From positions 581 through 64,580 of the forward strand of contig JAUZPM010000003.1 in the NCBI GenBank assembly GCA_030705925.1: 64,000 nucleotides of DNA, given 5' to 3'. Source of the DNA: Bacillota bacterium. Lineage in GTDB: Bacteria > Bacillota > Clostridia > Oscillospirales > Feifaniaceae. Within the stretch, counting starts at the first letter, position 1. Each line of letters starts with the position of its first letter. Below the pieces are notes generated by a model. That model was given only the letters and a program-made list of their open reading frames with translations, was not told the DNA's origin and did no database searches. The translations under genes were made by a program, and so were the position numbers. Shown here in pieces: positions 55,862 through 64,000 of the stretch.

Positions 55862-56857
55862 ATGAATAAAGTTCCAACTGATCCTCTTATAAGCATTATT
55901 GTACCCATTTATAAAGTAGAAAAATACTTGCCTGCATGTTTAGATTCGATAATTACTCAGTCATACAAAAATATAGAAATCATACTGGTGGACGATGGTT
56001 CCCCCGACCGTTCGGGGGAAATCTGCGATGAGTATGCTTTAAAGGACGCTCGCATCATTGTAATCCATCAGCCTAATAGTGGGTTGTCAGCCGCAAGGAA
56101 TGCCGGAATATTGGCATCAAAAGGTCAAATAATAGGCTTTATTGACAGTGATGACTTGGTTTCCTCAAATTTTATTGAGACTCTTTATAATTTGATGGAA
56201 AAATATAATGCAGACATTTCAGGCTGTGATTATATAGAGTTTCATGATGATATTTTGCCGGATACTTTCAGAGCAGGCAAGGCTGTTCTAAAAGTCATGA
56301 ATAACCGCCAGGCGGCAGATAGCTTGTTCAGCGACGATTATGTTACTATGACAGTTGTGTACAATAAGCTTTATAAGAGGTCATTATTTAGTAATGTGCT
56401 CTTTCCTGAAGGAAAAATCCATGAAGACGAGTTTACAAGCTATAAACTTTTATATTTTTCAGCTAAAACAGTAATAACGGATTTGCCTATGTATTTTTAT
56501 CGCCGTCGTAATGATAGTATAACTGGAGCAGGATTTAATCAATCCTCTTTGCACGCTTTAGAAGCGTTTAAAGAGCGCATGACTTTTTTTAAAGACCAGA
56601 AAGAGAAGGACTTATATGAAAAAGCAGCTGTGCGTTATGCACATCTGCTGATCGAATATTACGAGAAGGCGCAATCTCTCGACAACGCAAGGAAATATGA
56701 AAAACTCATAAGAAAAAGATATTCAAGACTTATGCCCAGGATAATCTTTTCGAACGTTTCATATAAAGAGAAGATAGTATTATTAATTTACTTGATACAT
56801 AGGTCTCTCTATTTTAAATATAAAGACTACGCAAGAAAAAAACACGGCGTTTTATAA
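55862..56857 (+). CDS. Glycosyltransferase family 2
   Basis: ISIIVPIYKVEKYL...ILVDDGSPDRSGEICDEY...DSDD motifs. Start at ATG 55862 after GGAGGA. Confidence 0.9.
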   Translation: MNKVPTDPLISIIVPIYKVEKYLPACLDSIITQSYKNIEIILVDDGSPDRSGEICDEYALKDARIIVIHQPNSGLSAARNAGILASKGQIIGFIDSDDLVSSNFIETLYNLMEKYNADISGCDYIEFHDDILPDTFRAGKAVLKVMNNRQAADSLFSDDYVTMTVVYNKLYKRSLFSNVLFPEGKIHEDEFTSYKLLYFSAKTVITDLPMYFYRRRNDSITGAGFNQSSLHALEAFKERMTFFKDQKEKDLYEKAAVRYAHLLIEYYEKAQSLDNARKYEKLIRKRYSRLMPRIIFSNVSYKEKIVLLIYLIHRSLYFKYKDYARKKHGVL

Positions 56858-57928
56858 TATAGTTCCGCCGCCTACGACAATGTCACTGTCATAGAAAACA
56901 ACAGCTTGTCCTGGAGTAATTGCTCGCTGAGGCTCATCAAAAACGACTTCTATATTGCCGTTTTCGATAGGATATAGCGTTGCAGGCTGTTCTTTCTGAC
57001 GATATCGAGTTTTTGCAGTTACACGCATAGGCTCAGTTAGGTCTGAAATTGAAATAAGATTTACATCAAAAGCTGTAAGCTTTTTTGAATAAAGTTCGCT
57101 TTCTTTCCCCAGCGTTACAGTATTATTTGCACTATCTTTATTAATTACAAACATTGGATTGTCAAAGGAAATGCCAAGGCCTTTTCTTTGACCAATAGTA
57201 TAATGCGTGATGCCGGCGTGCCTTCCAAGAGGTTCGCCGTTTTTATTTATAAAATTACCAGACTCCGCTTTATGCCCGGTAAAGTCCTCAATAAAGTCAG
57301 CATAGCTGTTGCCTCTTACAAAACAGATATCCTGACTGTCCGGCTTTTTCGCACTTACGAGCTGGTTGTTTTCCGCAATTTTTCTAACCTCGCTTTTATA
57401 AAGACCGCCTAGAGGAAACAAAGTTTCAGAAAGCTGTTTCTGCGTAAGCGAATATAAAACGTATGTCTGGTCTTTGTTAGAATCCTCGGGTCTTTTAAGC
57501 AGATATCTTTCAGACCTATCGTCAAATTCTACGCGAGCATAATGACCTGTTGCGATTGTATCAAATTCCAAAGCCAATGCACGGTTTAAAAGCGCGTCAA
57601 ATTTTATGAATCTGTTGCAATCAATACAGGGGTTAGGTGTTGTTCCGCTTTCATAAGATGACGCAAAATGTTTTACTATTTTATCGACGAACAGGTCGCG
57701 AAAATTAAAAACATAGTGCCGTATTCCAAGTTTATAGCAAACGCTGCGGGCGTCTTCAACATCAGCGAGAGAACAGCATGTATGAGAATTGCTGTCAAGC
57801 CCAATATCATCGTTGTCAAACAATTTTAAGGTAACGCCTGTTACATCATATCCTTGCTCTTTTAACAAGACCGCTGCGACAGAACTGTCTACTCCGCCGC
57901 TCATAGCAACCATAACCTTTTTCTTCAT
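56852..57928 (-). CDS. mnmA: tRNA 2-thiouridine(34) synthase
   Basis: PP-loop VAMSGGVDSSVAA. Full-length MnmA-like sequence (NPCIDCNRFIKF). Confidence 0.95.
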   Translation of the reverse strand: MKKKVMVAMSGGVDSSVAAVLLKEQGYDVTGVTLKLFDNDDIGLDSNSHTCCSLADVEDARSVCYKLGIRHYVFNFRDLFVDKIVKHFASSYESGTTPNPCIDCNRFIKFDALLNRALALEFDTIATGHYARVEFDDRSERYLLKRPEDSNKDQTYVLYSLTQKQLSETLFPLGGLYKSEVRKIAENNQLVSAKKPDSQDICFVRGNSYADFIEDFTGHKAESGNFINKNGEPLGRHAGITHYTIGQRKGLGISFDNPMFVINKDSANNTVTLGKESELYSKKLTAFDVNLISISDLTEPMRVTAKTRYRQKEQPATLYPIENGNIEVVFDEPQRAITPGQAVVFYDSDIVVGGGTIL

Positions 57929-58003
57929 CAATAAACCTCAATAAATTAGTATTAATTTAAATTATATCATACAAGCTCTATTTGTCAAAGTGGCCGTACG
58001 CTG

Positions 58004-58031
58004 TTGCAATCCGATAAAAAATTAATATAAT
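58004..58031 (+). promoter_or_regulatory. Candidate sigma-A promoter for the FAD-oxidoreductase/TIM-barrel operon
   Basis: TTGCAA (58004-58009), 16-nt spacer, TATAAT (58026-58031). Followed by a leader hairpin CCATGCA/TGCATGG (58058-58080). Confidence 0.45.
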
Positions 58032-58103
58032 TGAGATTATGTTCGAATTTGGTTTTTCCATGCATTTTTCGTGTGCATGGGGCGCAGATTGAAATAAGGG
58101 GAT

Positions 58104-59474
58104 ATGTTTGTGGAGAGAGTTTTAATGCGCTGCGACGTTCTCGTCGCGGGCGGAGGACCGGGCGGATGGGCTGCCGCAGTTGAGGCGGCGCGCCACGGAG
58201 CAGATGTTATTTTAGTTGACAGAAATGGATATTTAGGCGGGAATATGGCGACGGGATTGCCGCTTCTTGCCTATCTTGACAAAAACGGAAGGCAGGTTAC
58301 CAAAGGTATTGCCGAGGAATTTATATCAAGGCTGGATTCTGTTGGAGGAACGTTTGGTCATGCACGTTGCCCGATGCATAATTCAGTTACGGTAGTAAAT
58401 CCCGAAATTGTAAAGCTTATTACATATGAAATGGCAAATGAAGCTGGCGTTCGTATTCTTCTTCATTGCGAACTTTGCGGTGTGGATTCAGAAGACGGAC
58501 ACATCAATTCCGTGACTTTTGCAGGTAAGGGCATGCTTTTTGAAATTTCAGCCTCTGTATATATTGACGGAACCGGTGACGGTGACGTTGCCTATGCTGC
58601 CGGAGCAAGCTGTGAAAAAGGAATGGAGGGCACAGGCGTTATGCAGCCGCCAACCGTGCTTTTCACCATAGGCGGGGTAAATAAAGAAAGGTTTTATGAT
58701 TATCTTGACGCACATCCTGAAATGCTTACCCAGCCGGAATCAATGCAGGTTGGAGCCGGATATAACACCGCACTGTTTAGAAAGTTTAAAAGCCACGTAA
58801 TACTCGGGATGAAGCCCTTTTTAGATGAACTGAGAAACCGCGGTGAATGTCCGGTAGACCGTGACACACTTATATTTATTAATAGCATGAACGAAGATCA
58901 GCTTGTTGTAAACAGCACGCGTATTTTGTCCTTTGACGGCTCAGATCCAAGAGAGCTTACACGCGGCGAATTTAAAGGGCTTGAGCAAGTTTCTCCGCTG
59001 ATTAAGGTGCTAAATAAATATATACCGGGATTTGAGAAGGCATATATTTCATCGATTTCTCCTAACATAGGAGTAAGAGAAACCAGAAGAGTCATAGGTT
59101 TTAAAACTTTGAAAATTGACAGCGTACTTGCGGGAGCTGTCCCTGATGACACAATCGCACTGGGATCATATAAAGTTGATATACACAGCGGGACGGGTGC
59201 GGGCACACGTCTCGAGGTTCTTGATATGCCATATGGTATCCCATATTCATGCCTTGTCAGCAGTGAATTTGACAACCTCATGATGTCTGGCCGCTGCATT
59301 TCTATGGATTCAGCATCCCTTGGAACAGTCCGCGTCATGCCGACGTGTATGGCGATAGGACATGCGGCGGGAATTGCTGCGGCTTTAGCAGCTAAAGAAT
59401 CTATAAAAGCTGCAGATATTAACGTTTGCACTATACGAAGCATACTTATAGATGAGAATGCGGTACTCTCGTAA
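58104..59474 (+). CDS. FAD-dependent oxidoreductase (FAD_oxidored/PF12831-like)
   Basis: 456 aa. CDVLVAGGGPGGWAAAVEAARHGADVILVDR dinucleotide fold. Start uncertain (ATG 58104, GTG 58110 or ATG 58125). Confidence 0.8.
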   Translation: MFVERVLMRCDVLVAGGGPGGWAAAVEAARHGADVILVDRNGYLGGNMATGLPLLAYLDKNGRQVTKGIAEEFISRLDSVGGTFGHARCPMHNSVTVVNPEIVKLITYEMANEAGVRILLHCELCGVDSEDGHINSVTFAGKGMLFEISASVYIDGTGDGDVAYAAGASCEKGMEGTGVMQPPTVLFTIGGVNKERFYDYLDAHPEMLTQPESMQVGAGYNTALFRKFKSHVILGMKPFLDELRNRGECPVDRDTLIFINSMNEDQLVVNSTRILSFDGSDPRELTRGEFKGLEQVSPLIKVLNKYIPGFEKAYISSISPNIGVRETRRVIGFKTLKIDSVLAGAVPDDTIALGSYKVDIHSGTGAGTRLEVLDMPYGIPYSCLVSSEFDNLMMSGRCISMDSASLGTVRVMPTCMAIGHAAGIAAALAAKESIKAADINVCTIRSILIDENAVLS

Positions 59475-59488
59475 GGAAAGGAAGAAAA

Positions 59489-60394
59489 ATGAGACTTGGA
59501 ACGACAACGACCTTGTTTTTGAATAATCCGTCAGGTCGTGATATATCTACTATCGAATGCATTAAGCGCTGTTCGGCGGCAGGTTTTTCAGTGCTTGATA
59601 TGAATTTTTTTCCCATGTTAAGCGGAAGAACAGAATTTGTAAAAGATAATTGGAAAGAAGAAGCTTATAAAATCCGTGAATCAGCCGATGAAGCTGGCAT
59701 GGTTTTTTCACAGAGTCATCTTCCCTATCATCCTAATTATATGAAATTGAATCCTCCAGGCGATTCAACATTTAATGAACGTTTTGACGAGTATATGAAA
59801 AGATCAGTCGAAATAAGCGGCATACTGGGTGTAAAATGGGCAGTATGTCACCCATATGCATGTACCGATGCGGATAGTTATGACAATGATGCTGATATTG
59901 CTATTACTCATCGTTTTTATGACCCTATCTTAGAAGCTCTCAAAAAGGCTAGAGTGGGCCTTGCAATTGAGAATATAGTTGGGATGCAGCCACCAATTAG
60001 GAGGCGTTTTACTGCTATTGCAGATGAACTATGCGAACTTATCGATTCTTTTAAGGACGAAAGTGTCGGCGCTTGCTGGGATTTTGGCCATGGCAACCAG
60101 ATTTATAAAGATCAAAAACGCGCTATTCGCAAAGTGGGTAGCCGACTCCGTGCAACTCATCTTAATGATAATCGTGGAAGGACTGATGCCCATACCCTTC
60201 CCTTTGTTTCGGGAACTACTGATTGGGAAGAATGCCTTCCGGTGCTTAGCGAAATCGACTATGATGGGGATCTCGTTTATGAGGTTAAGTGCGGGGTGAA
60301 TCTGCCAAATCAGCTTAAGGATGATTTCGCAACTTTGGCAGTTGAAATAGGAAAGCACTGCCTTTCGCTTGCACAGAAAGGAGAAAGAGCATGA
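59489..60394 (+). CDS. Xylose-isomerase-like TIM-barrel protein (sugar phosphate isomerase/epimerase family), copy 1
   Basis: 301 aa. FSQSHLPY, LAIENI, CWDFGHGN, ATHLNDN and YEV motifs typical of AP-endonuclease-2/xylose-isomerase-like barrels. Confidence 0.8.
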   Translation: MRLGTTTTLFLNNPSGRDISTIECIKRCSAAGFSVLDMNFFPMLSGRTEFVKDNWKEEAYKIRESADEAGMVFSQSHLPYHPNYMKLNPPGDSTFNERFDEYMKRSVEISGILGVKWAVCHPYACTDADSYDNDADIAITHRFYDPILEALKKARVGLAIENIVGMQPPIRRRFTAIADELCELIDSFKDESVGACWDFGHGNQIYKDQKRAIRKVGSRLRATHLNDNRGRTDAHTLPFVSGTTDWEECLPVLSEIDYDGDLVYEVKCGVNLPNQLKDDFATLAVEIGKHCLSLAQKGERA

Positions 60395-61284
60395 GACTTT
60401 CAACTTCTACATGTCTTTTTGCGCCAAACAGGAATTCGGATCAAATCACGCCTACAGCTGAAATAATAGACAGGTGTTATAGGGCTGGATTTAAAGTGCT
60501 GGATATGAACTTTTGTTACCTCACACGCGGAAAGACCGAATGTGCCGGCGATGATTGGCAGTTTCAGATGGAAAAGCTGCGTAAACATACCGACAGGCTG
60601 GGAATGGAATTTTCTCAATCCCATTTGCCTTATTATCCTTCACTCAATGCAGTTCCGATTGCGGATAAACCAGGTTTTTACGAGTATTTCAAAGAAATGA
60701 TGATGCGTGCAGTAAAGGCCTCTGCAATTCTTGGTGCTAAATGGGCTGTTGTTCATCCCTTTATGGATACTGTAAATGTTGAATTTGAGAACGACGCAAG
60801 CCTGCGTATGAACCTAGAATTTTATGAACCCGTGCTAGATCTTGCTTCAAGTCTTGGTGTAGGTCTTGCTTTTGAGAATATGTCGGAGTATAAAGCTGAA
60901 CGGCATCGCCGTTACTGTTCTACGGCAAGAGAACTTTGTGAAGTTGTTGACGCATTTGACAGCAGTTATGTAGGGGCATGCTGGGATTTTGGACACGCAA
61001 ACAATTTATATCCTGACCAATCGGGAGCTCTTAAGATGTTAGGAAAGCGTCTTAAAGCGACTCACGTTGACGATAATCCCAAGGTTTATGATGCGCACAC
61101 TATTCCATACATTGAGGGAAGAGTAAACTGGGAGCAGGTCATGAAGACGCTTACTGAAATCGGTTTCGAGGGCGATTTTACTTATGAATCCCATGGCATG
61201 ACAATGTTCGCGCCAGATGAGCTTAAGGACGCTATAGCAAGCTTCTGCTACAAAGTGGGGATGTATTGTCTTTCGCTTGCATAA
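60391..61284 (+). CDS. Xylose-isomerase-like TIM-barrel protein, copy 2 (tandem paralogue)
   Basis: 297 aa. Same motif set (FSQSHLPY, LAFENM, CWDFGHAN, ATHVDDN, YES). ATGA start/stop overlap with copy 1. Confidence 0.8.
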   Translation: MRLSTSTCLFAPNRNSDQITPTAEIIDRCYRAGFKVLDMNFCYLTRGKTECAGDDWQFQMEKLRKHTDRLGMEFSQSHLPYYPSLNAVPIADKPGFYEYFKEMMMRAVKASAILGAKWAVVHPFMDTVNVEFENDASLRMNLEFYEPVLDLASSLGVGLAFENMSEYKAERHRRYCSTARELCEVVDAFDSSYVGACWDFGHANNLYPDQSGALKMLGKRLKATHVDDNPKVYDAHTIPYIEGRVNWEQVMKTLTEIGFEGDFTYESHGMTMFAPDELKDAIASFCYKVGMYCLSLA

Positions 61285-61297
61285 TTAGAGATAAAAA

Positions 61298-61335
61298 AAG
61301 GCTGGACTTTTTGCTAAGTCCAGCCTTATTTTTAT
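61298..61335. terminator. Bidirectional rho-independent terminator
   Basis: Perfect 12-bp stem AAGGCTGGACTT/AAGTCCAGCCTT, 6-nt loop, A-run upstream and T-run downstream. Lies between convergent operons. Confidence 0.85.
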
Positions 61336-61338
61336 TAT

Positions 61339-62094
61339 TTAATCTTTGTTCAAAATTCGGGTCAAGAAAGCGCGCGTCCGCTCATTTTTAGGATTGTTGA
61401 ATATTACGTCAGGCGTCCCTTCCTCTGCAATTACACCATTATCCATAAAGACGACACGGTCAGCGACGTCACGGGCAAATGCCATTTCATGAGTAACTAC
61501 GAGCATTGTGAGCCCGGTTTTGGCAAGATTTTTTATGACCTTTAATACTTCTCCGACCATTTCAGGGTCAAGAGCGCTTGTCGGCTCATCAAACAGCAGC
61601 GCCTCAGGCTCCATTGACAGGGCTCGGGCGATAGCCACACGCTGTTTCTGACCGCCGGAAAGCTGATGGGGTTTTGCATTGATATACTGAGCCATGCCGA
61701 CATCCTCAAGGTATTTCATTGCAGTATTTCTCGCGTCGTCCTTTGAGCGTTTTAAAACGCTGGTTTGTCCGATCATGCAGTTTGCAAGGACAGTAAGATT
61801 TGAAAAAAGGTTAAACTGCTGAAATACCATCCCCATTTTAGCTGTAAGCTTAAGAGGATTTATGGATTTATCGAGAATATTTGTGCCTTCAAATAAAATT
61901 TCTCCGCCTGTTGGCATTTCAAGTAAGTTTGTACAGCGCAAAAGCGTTGATTTGCCTGAACCGGATGCTCCTATAATACAAACAACCTCACCGCGTTTTA
62001 CCGAGAAATTAATTCCTTTTAGTATTTCATTTTGACCAAAGCTTTTCTTAAGGTCACGAACCTCGATTACAAATTCCTGCTTTTCATCTAGCAT
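61339..62094 (-). CDS. Polar amino acid ABC transporter ATP-binding protein (GlnQ-like)
   Basis: 251 aa. Walker [10 protein letters not shown], signature LSGGQKQR, Walker [12 protein letters not shown]. Confidence 0.93.
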   Translation of the reverse strand: MLDEKQEFVIEVRDLKKSFGQNEILKGINFSVKRGEVVCIIGASGSGKSTLLRCTNLLEMPTGGEILFEGTNILDKSINPLKLTAKMGMVFQQFNLFSNLTVLANCMIGQTSVLKRSKDDARNTAMKYLEDVGMAQYINAKPHQLSGGQKQRVAIARALSMEPEALLFDEPTSALDPEMVGEVLKVIKNLAKTGLTMLVVTHEMAFARDVADRVVFMDNGVIAEEGTPDVIFNNPKNERTRAFLTRILNKD

Positions 62095-62896
62095 TCGTTT
62101 CGCCTCCCTTTACTTTTATGGTGGATTCGGGAGACGTGCTGCTGCCATAGATGGTGTAACTTGAAGGCCCGTCAATTTTCTTTTCCAGTAAACGCAATAT
62201 TCTAGTAACTGTAAATGTAAGTACAAAGTATATCGCGCAAGTGATGGTCATTGTTTGGAAGTAGGCAACGTATGTTCCGGCAATTGATTTTGAAGCAAAA
62301 AATAATTCGGTTACCGAAATTACGCTGAGGACAGAGGTATCTTTAATATTAATGACAAATTCATTTCCGGTTGCAGGAAGGATGTTTCTGATAGTCTGAG
62401 GCAAAATTATATTAAACATTGTCTTTCCGTGGGACATACCGAGCGTATGCGCTGCTTCAAACTGTCCCTTATCGATGGATTCAATACCGCCGCGGACGAT
62501 TTCAGACATATATGCCCCGGTATTTATTGAAACAATGAGTATACCGGCGAAAATACGGTTAAGCTGCAGACCTGCAGTGGCAAGACCGTAAAAAATCACC
62601 ATGGCCTGAACCATCATTGGAGTTCCTCTGAATATTTCTATGTATATCTGAAGCAGACCTCTCAATATTTTTAGAAATATTATCTTTATTTTTGCATCAT
62701 TAGGTCTTAAAGGTATCGTTTTGATAACACCAATCAGGAGACCAATAAGAAAACCAATAACGGTGCCGGTAATCGAAATGAGAAGTGTTATACCCGCTCC
62801 GCTGATAAACTCCGGATATTTATTTGCAATAAAAAATGCCACCCACCGCCAAAAGCCCCAGCCTGCCTGCGGTGTTGCGGAAAGAAACGTTAGCAT
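62084..62896 (-). CDS. Amino acid ABC transporter permease
   Basis: 270 aa. HisM/GlnP-type permease with an EAA-loop-like region ([21 protein letters not shown]). Confidence 0.9.
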   Translation of the reverse strand: MLTFLSATPQAGWGFWRWVAFFIANKYPEFISGAGITLLISITGTVIGFLIGLLIGVIKTIPLRPNDAKIKIIFLKILRGLLQIYIEIFRGTPMMVQAMVIFYGLATAGLQLNRIFAGILIVSINTGAYMSEIVRGGIESIDKGQFEAAHTLGMSHGKTMFNIILPQTIRNILPATGNEFVINIKDTSVLSVISVTELFFASKSIAGTYVAYFQTMTITCAIYFVLTFTVTRILRLLEKKIDGPSSYTIYGSSTSPESTIKVKGGETNAR

Positions 62897-62919
62897 AAAA
62901 AAGCTCCATTCGCAAAACT

Positions 62920-63804
62920 TTATTTAGAGGTAAGCGGCTGTGTTTTTACAGCGTTATCCATTATTTTTGTTCTATCATCTTCGGAAATACCAGATAAAAT
63001 TGAGTTTATTTTATCTTTTAGCTCACTGCCTTTTTTAAGGCCGACTGCAATTGAAATATCCTCATCAGAAGCTGTGAATCCTTTGCCCTTTTCAAAACTG
63101 ATAAAGGTCAGGTTAGGATTTGATGCTTCGGCAGAAATTGCACCTGGACGCTCAGAAATATAACCGTCGATTGTGCCAGCATTAAGAGATGTAGTCATTG
63201 TCGGGAAGTCTTCAAGTGCTGGCTGTTTATTGACGCCTTTGATCTGATCAATAACAGAGTAATGGAACGTATTGAGCTGTCCTGTGATTTTTGCACCAGC
63301 AAAATCATCAAGTGTTTTGGCATTAGCATATTTACCGTCTTTACGAACAACGATGACCAAATCGGAAGTATAATAGTTATTAGTAAAGTCGATTCTTGTT
63401 TTTCTTTCTGCTGTTGGGGACATACCTGCAATAATTGCATCTATTACGCCAGAGTCAACTGCTGGAACGAGGCCGTCCCACTGAGTTTTTACTATAACGA
63501 GTTTTTTGCCTAAACCTTCAGCGATTTTCTTAGCTATTTCAATGTCGTAACCGCCTGCATAGCCGCCGCCCTCGATTGCAACAGCACCGTTGGAATCATC
63601 TGATTGAGTCCAGTTAAATGGGGGGTAAGCGCATTCCATACCTACTTTGAATGTATTATCCTGGGTTTTACTAGCGTCGTTTGCAGTACTGGTTTGTTTT
63701 GCACTGCCGCAGCCCGCGAAGGACATTATCATTGCAAGCGCTGCAAAAAGAGCAGTCAGTCTTAGAAATTTCTTCATTTTTTTCCTCCGTGTTTTTAGTT
63801 TCAT
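62920..63804 (-). CDS. Amino acid ABC transporter substrate-binding lipoprotein
   Basis: 294 aa. Lipobox MSFAGCGS. SBP_bac_3-like body (FKVGMECAYPPFNW...DAIIAGMSPTAER). Confidence 0.9.
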   Translation of the reverse strand: MKLKTRRKKMKKFLRLTALFAALAMIMSFAGCGSAKQTSTANDASKTQDNTFKVGMECAYPPFNWTQSDDSNGAVAIEGGGYAGGYDIEIAKKIAEGLGKKLVIVKTQWDGLVPAVDSGVIDAIIAGMSPTAERKTRIDFTNNYYTSDLVIVVRKDGKYANAKTLDDFAGAKITGQLNTFHYSVIDQIKGVNKQPALEDFPTMTTSLNAGTIDGYISERPGAISAEASNPNLTFISFEKGKGFTASDEDISIAVGLKKGSELKDKINSILSGISEDDRTKIMDNAVKTQPLTSK

Positions 63805-64000
63805 AAACGATAATTTAAGCTATACAGCCCATACTTCCCTACATTTTACACTGTTTTTCGTGTTATGGCAAGCTGTTTCAATAAATTATGCTAATTATTA
63901 TAATTCGGTATAAAATATAGTTGCAGCTTTCCATTTTTATTATTTAATGATATAATACACCATATAAATGGTCGGGCATACTAAATTTTTTAGCTAAAAA

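Noticed and set aside
58898-59443. 181-aa minus-strand ORF inside the FAD oxidoreductase gene
   Set aside because: It is an antisense shadow ORF with Ser/Pro/Ala-rich composition and no RBS.
63805-64000. Possible T-box or riboswitch leader upstream of the amino-acid ABC importer
   Set aside because: Reading the minus strand, I found no specifier-loop/T-box (AGAGA, GGTGNRA-type) or other riboswitch core motifs. Only a plausible TTGCCA-17-TAAAAT promoter (63843-63871) is present.
1-64000. Search for CRISPR arrays, tRNA/rRNA genes, IS elements and long direct repeats
   Set aside because: Visual reading found no regularly spaced repeats, no tRNA-like T-arm (GGTTCGAATCC-type) sequences, and no transposase or integrase ORFs. 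A computational scan is still advisable.

Overview
This looks like a core chromosomal segment of a low-GC, spore-forming, anaerobic Firmicute (Clostridia-like). That placement is an inference from gene content: a YaaH/SleL-like cortex hydrolase, an [FeFe]-hydrogenase-like gene, and a FabT/FabK-type fatty-acid locus. About 60 tightly packed genes are supported. They include a complete seven-gene arginine biosynthesis operon, argGHCJBDF (8.3-16.1 kb). They also include a 13-gene fab/acc operon (39.3-49.9 kb, minus strand) in the same order as the Streptococcus pneumoniae fab locus, with a promoter and tandem FabT-type palindromes. Other content is MarR/ABC/MFS efflux genes, a short MprF-like lipid aminoacylation cluster, two sugar enzyme plus AraC pairs, topB, mnmA, and a polar amino-acid ABC importer. 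I found no rRNA, tRNA, CRISPR array, transposase, integrase or phage genes. I recognised no defence-type system. The observations most worth follow-up are: (1) a FabK paralogue with a 4-Cys motif in the 'fabM slot' of the fab operon, a FabX-like candidate for anaerobic unsaturated fatty acid synthesis; (2) an operon pairing an NADPH-motif-less thioredoxin-reductase-like flavoprotein with a TSCCCP-type [FeFe]-hydrogenase-like protein; (3) an FAD oxidoreductase followed by two tandem xylose-isomerase-like TIM barrels; (4) a Rieske/FAD oxidoreductase translationally coupled to a tocopherol-cyclase-family protein; (5) the uncharacterised radical-SAM/DUF4130 DNA-metabolism pair; (6) an AT-rich ECF-sigma/ABC island. 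All functional calls come from reading motifs by eye. No database search was run.
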